DNA of 64,000 nt from the human T2T-CHM13v2.0 reference genome, Homo sapiens. Each line of letters begins with the position of its first letter. Position 1 is the stretch's first letter. Where the stretch lies: NCBI RefSeq assembly GCF_009914755.1, contig NC_060928.1. One strand, given 5' to 3'. The position numbers and the translations under genes are program-made. The notes beneath the pieces are model-generated. The model worked only from the letters and a program-made list of their open reading frames with translations, was not told the DNA's origin and ran no database searches. This document shows positions 54,536-64,000 of the stretch, one piece after another.

Positions 54536-55729
54536 CTGTAACACAAAAGGGAAAAATAGGGTGCTCTTTTCATTTGGCATAGCTATAAGTCATATTTCAT
54601 CTATGAATCTTGGAGTGAAAAAACATGAAATTCAGAATTCTAAGAAAAAATCAGAGTAGATGTAGAAAGATATGAACCAGTTTTCTCTAAGAAAAAACTA
54701 CGATCTTTTCAACAGCATTTAGGGCACGTATCTTAAAATACTTATAATCAGTGGGCTAAAGTTATAATTTATAGCTTAGCTTAATAGCTAACATTTTATA
54801 TCGATGGTCACATCCTTAAAAATAGGATAATTTTCAAGCAACTCATATATGATGTTTGGGGTAAGGATATATATTCTCTAAATTTATAAAGCACCCAATG
54901 GATAAAAACTTGTGAAATTCACTTGTTAAGTATTTTAAACTTGGGAAGCAGACATTCTCTGAGGGTCTTTTGTGAAGGAAGGAGGCAGCTGGAGAGAAAA
55001 TCTCTGCTCTTCTAAGTGCAGTACCTCTCCATGCATTGCCTGGCCTCAGGATTGCTCTCTGGGTGATCTTCGGAGAGAGCTGGGGTCTTTTTATTAGGTA
55101 CATTGTAGCTCCATTAGGATATTCTAGAATGTTTTACTAGTTTTCTCATTCGAGTGGCAGAGACAAAATAGTAGCCAAGTAGTTCCCTGAATGCCAATTG
55201 TGAGCCCCGATTGACAGAGAAAGGCAATATGTGTGGAGCCATGAGTGTTCATATTATCCAAACCACCAAAGAAGTGTCAGTAATGACCAGAGGAGCTGGG
55301 CCTTATCACTACTGCCATTGTTGAGATGAGGAAATCTTGGCTTGGAATCGTTGCCCCAGGTTACACATCCCTCAGTGATGAGACTGAGAGTTGAATCTTA
55401 GCTTGTCAAACTCCAAAGAACAGATTTTTTTTTCTATTACGTCACACCACTTTCTTATCTCTCTGTGGTATAGTCAATCTAGTGTTTTCTCTCCTAGATG
55501 GGAAAGGAGAAGTGACTCACTGCTCTCAATTTCCTATTTAATAACCTACCTTCTCATACACCTTCTACCTTCTACAATCCCTAGAATAGTATTAATGAAA
55601 CTGCCACTTCAGAAGTGTAATTAAAGTGTGCGTCTTAAAAAAAGTGGTTCCTTTGAGTTAATATCCTGAATTTCAGGTTCAAAGTGAGGACTCTGTTCCC
55701 CAGGGAATAAAAATGAGAGATCTCATTAC

Positions 55730-55916
55730 CTTTTTGGTGAACTCATTTACCACTTCTGAGCTGCAGGGAGTAGGCAGGAAAATGCTTGAGGCTATACACG
55801 CAGATAAATTATAAGCTGTCATCTGATTGGCTGAGGAATGCTGCTCAATGTTATGTAACACGCCAAAAAGGCATCACAAGAGAACAACATTGGCCTTTGG
55901 CAGCTGGTCTAAAAGC
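55730..55916 (-). pseudogene. ARHGAP20-like pseudogene copy B, GAP C-terminal exon
   Basis: tgtgtttag|(R)LLDQLPKANVVLL*CLFGVLHNIEQHSSANQMTAYNLSACIASSIFLPTPCSSEVVNEFTKK|gtaatg. Intact splice sites; TGA at 55876-55874. Confidence 0.9.
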
Positions 55917-56650
55917 CTAAACACAAAAATATGCACTCTCAAAGCCAGGAATTTTACTCAGGAAGTTGTAAATACAGAGAAATAAAGCAAGTTTTTTTTT
56001 TCATATAGTATTTACATAACTCAGTGAAAATACAAAAGAATAGAGAAATATGTTCTTCATATGTAGTAAGACAGCATTTTAAAATGTGTCTTAGGAGATA
56101 TATCAGAAAATATTTCCTTGTAACCACTACAGTGTTTCCAGTACTTAAGCATAAAAAGGATAAAAATTCCACTTCTGTTAAGATTAAAGGATTACTATAT
56201 GCCAAAGGATGAATTTTATCAATTCACGGGAGATATTTTGAGTTTTAAGACTGAGTAGTGTAAGATGAAGACATAATTACAGGAGATTTGGGACTAGTGT
56301 GGAGTTGAAGAAAGGAGCTGAAATGAGGATGCGAAGGGAAGGGGAAGTCCCAGAGATTCATAACAGAGAGCCCATTTTGATTCATCCAAGCCCGCGTACA
56401 TGGGTCTTGGCTGAAACCATCGAAAGAGTATCTTTCCCTATTGTCTTTGCCTTATGATCCTGCAGCATCTAAATCATATTTCTAGTCACTGAAGTAAAAT
56501 TGACAAATCTTCTCTATCAAAGCTAGGGTTCATCATTGTCTAAAGATTTCTCCACTTTGCGATAGATTTGGATGAAAACACTTGACTCCCCCAGAGTTCT
56601 CTCTCTTCAAGAGGGCTACCAAAAAGAAGACCAGACAAAATGAGACCTAC

Positions 56651-56829
56651 TAGCAGAGGGGCAGGCAGCTTGTCATTCTCACAAACATCCGTGGGAGAAG
56701 CTCCAAACAGCTGTCCTGGGTTTGGGGCAGGTGGAGCCATTCACAGGTTGTCTTGGCAAGGGCTAGAAGCCCACCAAAAGGCCCAGTTTATCATAGAACA
56801 TCTTCTTTTAACTCCCTTCTGGTCTGAAT
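56651..56829 (-). pseudogene. ARHGAP20-like pseudogene copy B, exon leading into the GAP domain
   Basis: DSDQKGVKRRCSMINWAFWWASSPCQDNL*MAPPAPNPGQLFGASPTDVCENDKLPAPLL|gtaggt, matching recalled ARHGAP20 KRRRSIINWAFW...PGQLFG..L..ICENDNLPKPVL. Confidence 0.88.
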
Positions 56830-57214
56830 ACATAAGTAAAAAGTGAGATTATTTGATGTAGTAGTTTAATCCGCTTAACTTTATTTTCACTATTTCCATT
56901 TTACAACATGTTTGTTGTGATGTTGAGAAGAGAAACAATCATTTGTTGTGTAGATTTTCCCACATTCTGAAATTGGCTAACTGCATACTTGGCGTTAATG
57001 TGTTATTCTTCCCTATATCCCATAGACTGCAGTTAAACCTGGAGGCTTGATCAGACTTATGTTCCATTCTTCCAGTAGGAATACTTCCTAGACAGTACTA
57101 GTTACCACCTCTTGCATTCTATCATAAGGTACTTAAGATCTAGTTGTTCAAGTTTACTGATATTAATTGTAATCAGTGGAGTCACATGTCAGATCCCACT
57201 TTAAAACCTAAAAA

Positions 57215-57375
57215 TAGCCAGCATGGTGGCTCATGCCTGTAATCCCAGCTACTCAAAAGGCTGAGTCAGGAGAATTGCTTGAGCCCAGTAGTTAGAGTCT
57301 GCAGGAAGCTGTGATGGCGCCACGACCCTTTGGCTTGTGTGACAGGGAGACCCAGTCTCTACGAGAAAATAAAAA
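57215..57375 (+). mobile_element. Alu monomer (FRAM/AluJ-like)
   Basis: agccagcatggtggctcatgcctgtaatcccagctactc...gagacccagtctct. Confidence 0.8.
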
Positions 57376-58034
57376 GTTAAAAATACTGGATATTCAAATA
57401 AAGTAGAGCTCAGTAATTATCTACTTTCGTAGTATGTCTCCTGCCACTCAGATTTCCTGTTGGACTTTCCGAATACTCAACCATGGCCAACTCTCTCCCA
57501 TCAAAAGGATCCTGTCCTTCATGACACAACCTGCCTGACCCCACTTCTCAGTCAGCCTCTGGCTTCTTTGTTTTGGAGGCTGCAACTGTTAGGCATCTCC
57601 ATGGATGACTTGAGTCCACTTTCTCTAGTCAGTCCTTGGTTCTGTGGTAAGATCCCTAGTGGCCCTGGTCCTTGTGACACCCTGACCAGCTATCTAGAAA
57701 TAATTTTTACCTACCCAACGACCCTACCAAAGAAATGCTGAAGAAGAGCTTCTCAAGGAAAAGTGATCAGCAATAAAAGGTTGAGTTGAATGTTCCCACT
57801 GCTCAACTATAGGTGTTTTCCTAACAAGGTACTTTAATATTCTTATAAATAACCTCCTTATACCACGTACTGAAAAAGTCAACAGAGGAGGCAAGTTGTA
57901 GAATGATAAACAAATGAGCAACATTTCACCATTTCAATGTTTCTTAAACACCCATCCACTTGGCTTCCCTGGGACATCGAGTGCATCTCTCTGTACACAC
58001 ACATAGTGGCAATACTCATGCTGACTCACAGAGG

Positions 58035-58200
58035 TCAGGATGGGCTCCTGGTTCTGCTATGTAGTCAGACAACTTCCTCAGAAGTCTTTGAGCTTCAGTT
58101 TGCTCAACTTTAGCATGAATGATGCTACCTACAGCTTACTGGACTGAGTAATAGAATGGACTGCTCAGGACAAACCATGGTTCAGAGCAGTCTTGATAAA
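58035..58200 (+). mobile_element. MIR
   Basis: gagcttcagtttgctcaactttagcatg...gctacctacagc. Confidence 0.5.
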
Positions 58201-59647
58201 AGTAATTTTATCCCTCATTCAGATGGCCTAAGGCAGACTAGACATCAGTCTCCTCCCCCCAGAACAGATCCCACCACCATTCTCCATTTGGTTTTGCAAG
58301 GTATGCAGTCACAAAGGCATGCCACCACCCTACCTAACAGTCATGCCCCTGTTGTTTTAAAAGAAGGTAAGGAAGAAGCAAAGTCATCCTTCAATCCAGA
58401 AGGATATATCTGTATGTCATCATGTGCAAATATTTATTATAGTACACATTAATATATAGGTTAAGTTGTTGTACATAACCTGGTTTCCCTATTCTTAATT
58501 TGATTTTATTTTTTCTAGAACTATCCAAATGTATTCAGTTATTTAGCTTTAATAAGAGAATGTTCTTAGGAAGAATTCTCTAACCCTTGATGCAAAGCTA
58601 TATAACTAGCTACTCTCTGAATAAAGGCCAAGAGGAAAGTAGACATTGAATCCTGTACTTTCTCAAAAATATTTTCTGGCTTAGCTGCACCTTTCGTAAT
58701 GCACATTATTTGGTGCAAGAGTTCCTATCACTTCTTTAAACAATAAAAGTATATGCTATTACCATGTAAAAGGCAAGATGATTAAACAAGCTAACTAGCC
58801 TTTCTTAAATAGCCCTGGAAGAATTGGGATAGTGGTTTCCGCAGGCTCAAATTAGGATATATATAAAACTTTTGAAACTTTCTGCCTATAGACTAACAGT
58901 CACAACAATAAAAATGCTTTATTTAGAAATTCCATTCTTGCCAAAATATTTCCCAAATTAATAACACATTTTCTTCAGAGAAAGAAATATCAATGGCAGG
59001 ATACTGAAATGGTAGTGGGGAAAATGGCGAAAAGGGAGATAAAAAAGCCCACAATCATAAATGTTCATGCCAGTTCCAGTCTAAACCTGGATCTGAAGCC
59101 GACTTGGAAAGTAAGCGTGGTGGTGGGGAGAGAGTAGAATTGAGAGTCTAATTCAGGATAGAACCCAAGGGGCACTTCAGCCCCAGTCCAGAGTAGACTG
59201 CAGTTCAGTTCTATAACTGCTTCTCTCTAGATGTGCCACTCCAGATGTGTTTAAACCATGCCATCATTTGATCACCTCCTGCTTTGGGCTCAGCTCATCA
59301 GCAAAACCCTGGGATAGAAAATGCCTGAGTTTCCAGGCCTTCAAAAGCCATATTCTCACCAGACACACAGACTGCACACACATAATTATATGTGTAGATT
59401 GTTCTGAGGATACACAGAAGAGTGTATCTACCTACTTACACACATGAAAGAAATCTTCCTAGAAGTAAGTTGGGCCTTGACTTCAGACATTTCAGGTTTC
59501 TCTAAGTCTGATTCTGGACAGGTATTGGCTTCCTGCCTATACTGTCCTCCTTCCTCTGCATGGAGAACGTGTCTGTGTCATGGGCTTGGTTTTAGGAATG
59601 GAGACTTGATCTGAGAGAAGGCACTTGCAAGAAGGAAAGGCACTCAC

Positions 59648-59833
59648 CACTCCCCTGCTGGCCTCTGGCTGGCTGCCTGGGCTTCAGAATGAACCCGCCT
59701 TCTATGTCTGGGGATGGCTGCTCCTGGAAGGGCTCCTGGAGTGTGGAAGAAGAGGTGGAGCACCCTGGTTCCTGTGGCAGGAGCATAGTGCCTTGAAGGT
59801 GGCTCATTTCAGTTCCACAGGGATGTTCATGTC
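59648..59833 (-). pseudogene. ARHGAP20-like pseudogene copy B, RA-domain end/linker exon
   Basis: ttcaggcag|GHEHPCGTEMSHLQGTMLL...STLQEPFQEQPSPDIEGGFILKPRQPARGQQGS|gtgagt, matching recalled ARHGAP20 GHEYPYGIKMSHL...LQEPF..EQ....QFILKP. Open, with both splice sites. Confidence 0.8.
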
Positions 59834-60729
59834 CTGCCTGAAGCAAAATCTAAATACAGGTTCAGGCTGATGGTGATGGATGTGATCAAACCTACCTATT
59901 GTGGGTGAATGCACCCCACTGGTGCCTGCTGTAGTAATCTGGGAGCTTCTAGAATAAGGAAGTCTTGTCTCCCAAGCAAGCATCACGTGCACTCTCTCTG
60001 GAGAGTCCCCACATAAAGCAGGCATGCAAGCAGAAGAGTTTTTAAAAGTACAGAGAAAAATAAAGTTGGAACATGTTGTGTCACTTGGGATGCATAGATG
60101 CATCAGTGCCTTGCACAATGGTGACTTTTGCTCTGTTTCCATTTGAAGATATTTAAGAACTTCTAGTTTCTGTCTTGACAAATCTAGATATTTACATCTT
60201 AGACAAATGACCCCTTTACGCTTACAGTCATCATTTTAAATACTTACCCTTCCTATCATACAGACTTATGAAGATAAAAGTAAATACATTCCTTCACACT
60301 GGTGGTTAATATTTATTGAATAACTCCATATATACAGTATGTGTTAAATAATTCCATGTCAAGAATAGCTATGATCGCTATTCTCTTACACATGATGTCA
60401 GTTTAACGGAGATTTTACTTCCCTTAGTCAGTTTTGTAGCCAGGGCTTCTCAAGAGCAGAGGAGCAGGGTGTTTGCCTCTGACCTTTCCTCCCACTTCTG
60501 CCCTAATTGGAGGAAGGAGCTCCTCATAGGTACCAGACAGAGGGAAGGCTGCAGGGTGTTGGAAGTCCAGACACAACATGCAAAACAGTTTTTGCAGAAT
60601 GGAAAACCACACTGCAATCATCAGGAGTTGCCTGCCAAGGGATGTGTTTTCCCCTTTCATGTTTTAAATAGTTTCCTTTCCATAGAATACGTGCTGTGAG
60701 GTAGTTTTTTTTCTTAATTATATGATCCA

Positions 60730-61132
60730 TTATTTATTTTATTTATTTATTTTTATTTTTCCATAAGTTATTGGGGGTACAGGTGGTATTTGGTTACATG
60801 AGTAAGCTCTTTAGTGGTGATTTGTGAGATTTTGGTGCACCCTTCAACTTAGCAGTATAAACTGCACCATATTTGTAGTCTTTTATCTCTCATCCCCCTC
60901 CCACTCTTCCCCAAAAGTCCCCAAAGTTCATTGTATCATTCTTATACATTTACATCCACATAGCTTAGCTCCCACATATCAGTGAGAACATACGATGTTT
61001 GGTTTTCCATTCCTGAGTTACTTCACTTAGAATAATAGTCACCAATCTCATCCAGGTCACTGCAAATGCTGTTAATTCATTCCTTTCTATGGCTGCATAA
61101 TATTCCATCATATATACATATATATATACATA

Positions 61133-61185
<53 letters not shown>

Positions 61186-64000
61186 AATAGTTTCTTTATC
61201 CACTCATTGACTGATGGGCAATTGGGTTGGTTCCACAATTTTGCTATTGTGAATTGTGTTGCTATAAACATGTGTGGGCAAGTATCTTTTCCTCTGGGTA
61301 GATACCCAGTAGTGGGATTGCTGGCTCAAATGGTAGTTCCACTTTTAGTTCTTTAAGGAATCTCCACATTGTTTTCCACAGTGGCTGTACTAGTTTACAT
61401 TCCCACCAGTAGTGTAGGAGTGTTCCCTGTTCACCACATCCACACCAACATCTACTGTTTTTTGATTTTTTTATTATGGCCATTCTTGCAGGAGTAAGGT
61501 GGTATCGCTTTGTGGTTTTGATTTGCGTTTCCCTGATCATTGGTGATGTTGAGCATTTTTTCATATATCTGTTGGCCATTTGTATATCTTCTTTTGAGAA
61601 TTGTCTATTCATGTCCTTAGCTCACTTTTTGATGGGATTGTTTGTTTTTTTCTAACTGATTTGTTTGAGTTTGTTGTAGATTATGGGTATTAGCCTTTGT
61701 CAGATGTATAGATTGTGAAGATTTTTCCCCCACTCTATGGGTTGTCTGTTTATTCTGCTGACTGTTCCTTTTGCTGTGCAAAAGCTCTTTAGTTTAATTA
61801 GGTCCCAGTTATTTATCTCTATTTTTATTGCATTTGCTTTTGGGTTCTTAGTCATGAAATCCTTGCCTAAGCCAATATCTAGAAGGGTTTTTCCAATGTT
61901 ATCTCCTAGAATTTTTACAGTTTCAGGTCTTAGGTTTAAGTTCTTAATCCATTTTAAGTTGCTTTTTGTATATAGTTAGAGATGAGGATCCAGTTTCATT
62001 CTCCTACATGTGGCTAGCCAATTATCCCAGCACCATTTGTTGAAAAGAGTGTCCTCTCCCCACTTTATGTTTTTGTTTGATTTGTCGAAGATCATTTGGC
62101 TGTAAGTATTTGGGTGTATTTCTGGGTTCTCTATTCTCTTCCATTGGTCTATGTGCCTATTTTTATACCAGTACCATGTTGTTTTGGTGACTATGACCTT
62201 ATAGTATAGTTTGAAATCAGGTAGTGTGTTGCCTCCAGATTTGTTCTTTTTGCTTAGTCTTGCTTTGGCTATGTGGGCTCTTTTTTGGTTCCATATGAAT
62301 TTTAGAATTGTTTTTTTCTAATTCTGTGAAGAATGATGGTAGTATTTTGATGGGGATTACACTGAATTTGTAGATTGCTTTTGGTAATATGGTCACTTTC
62401 ACAAAATTGATTCTACCTATCCGTGAGCATGGGATGCATTTCCATTTGTTTGTATCATCTATGATTTCTTTCAGTAGTGTTTTGTAGTTTTCCTTGTAGA
62501 GGTCTTTCGACTCCTTGGTTAGGTATATTCCTAAGTTTTTTTTTTTTTTTTTTTTTTCAGCTGTTGTAAAAGGGGTTGAATTTTTTATTTTATTCTCCAC
62601 TTTGTCGCTGTTGGTGTATTGAAGAGCTACCAATTTGTGTACATTAATCTTGTATCGAGAAACTTTGCTGAATTCTTTTATCAGTTCTAGGAGTTTTCTA
62701 GAGGAGTCCTTACAGTTTTGAGGGTAAATGATCATATCATCAGCAAACAGGGACAGTTTTACTTCCTCTTTACCAATTTGAATGGCCTTTATTTCTTTAT
62801 CTTGTCTGATTGCTCTGGCTAGGGGTTCCAGTACTATGTTGAAGAGGAGTGGTAAAAGTGGGCATCCTTGTCTTATTCCAGTTCTAAGAAGGAATGCTTT
62901 CACTTTTTTGCATTCAATATTATGTTGGCTGTGGGTTTGTCATAAATAGCTTTTATTACATTAAGTTATGTCCCTTGTATGTTGATTTTGCTGAGGAGTT
63001 TAATTATAAAGGGATGCTAGATTTTGTTGCTTTTTCTGCATCTAATCATGTGATTTTTGTTTTTAATTCTGTTTATGTGGTGTGTCACATTTATTGACTT
63101 GCATATGTTAAACCATCCCTGCATCCCTGGTATGAAACCCACTTGATCAAGGTGGATTATCTTCTTGATATGTTGTTGGATTCAGTTAGCTAGTATTTTG
63201 TTAACAATTTTAGCATCTATGTTCATCAAGAATATTGGCCTGTAGTTTTCTTTTTTGGTTGTGTCCTTTCCTGGTTTTGGTATTAGAGTGATGCTGGCTT
63301 CGTGGAATGAATCAGTGAGGATTCCTTCTTTCTCTGTCCTGTGGAACTGTGTCAAAAGGATTGGTACCAATTCTTCTTTGAATGTCTGGTAGATCTGCTG
63401 TGAGTCCATCTGGTCCTGGACTTTTTTTTGTTGGTAATTTTTAAATTACGATTTCATTCTTGCTGCTTGTTATTGGTCTGCTCAGGGTATCTAATTCTTC
63501 CTGATTTAAGCTAGGAGGGTTGTATTTTTCCAGGAATTTATCCATCTCTTCTAGGTTTTCTAGTTTATGTGCATAAAGGTGTTCATAGTCGCCTTGAATG
63601 ATCATTTGTATTTCAGTGGCGTCCATTGTAATATCTCCTGTTTCATTTCTTAGTGAGGTTATTTGGATTTTCTCTCTTCTTTGCTTGGTTAATCTTGCTA
63701 ATGTTCTATCAATTTAATTTTTCTTTACAAAGAACCAGTTTTTTGTTTTATTTACCTTTAGTATTTTTTGTTTGTTTGTTTCAATTTCATTTAGTTCTGC
63801 TCTGATCTTGGTAATTTTCTTTCTTCTGCTGGATTTGGGTTTGGTTTGCTTTTGATTCTCTAGTTCCTTGAGGTGTGACCTTAGAATGTCAGTTAGTGGT
63901 CTTTCAGTCTTTTTGATGTAGGCGTTTAGGGCTATGAACTTTCCTCTTAGCACCACCTTAGCTGTATCCCAGAGGTTTAGATAGGTTGTGTCATTGTCAT
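60730..64000 (-). mobile_element. L1PB-like LINE-1 (3'UTR plus degraded ORF2), continues past the right edge
   Basis: L1PB-type 3' end (ccataagttattgggggtacaggtggtatttggttacatgagtaag); ORF2 fragments [29 protein letters not shown]. Confidence 0.92.
61110..61184. repeat. (TA)/(TG)n microsatellite inside the L1PB
   Basis: Directly visible. Confidence 0.9.

Larger units (their letters stand above)
38690..60705 (-). repeat. Arm B of the large inverted duplication
   Basis: See arm A. Interrupted by HERV-H; has extra segments ~50660-53570 and ~55900-60390 that arm A lacks. Confidence 0.92.

Noticed and set aside
62217-62903. 228-aa RT-like ORF
   Set aside because: Fragment of a degraded L1PB ORF2 with frameshifts on both sides; not an independent gene.

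Overview
AT-rich, repeat-dense primate (most likely human) genomic DNA. I can support no intact cellular gene. (1) The left end (1-2862, minus) is the 5' part of a young L1HS-type LINE-1. It has a full 5'UTR, intact ORF1, intact antisense ORF0, and an ORF2 that is open to the window edge. (2) A complete two-LTR HERV-H/LTR7 provirus with a 5-bp TSD lies at 41763-47767. (3) The main structure, hidden under later insertions, is an old, large inverted duplication: arm A ~9.4-19.2 kb mirrors arm B ~38.7-60.7 kb. Each arm carries a spliced, intron-containing ARHGAP20-like RhoGAP pseudogene, and the two copies are convergent. They share a premature stop, neither shows a recognisable arginine-finger exon, and short near-identical patches suggest arm-to-arm gene conversion. 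Arm A keeps the empty site of the HERV-H insertion. The rest is Alu, old L1, MaLR/ERVL LTRs, MIR, L2, MITEs and microsatellites. Family assignments are from recalled consensus sequences, not database searches, and boundaries of old repeats are approximate.
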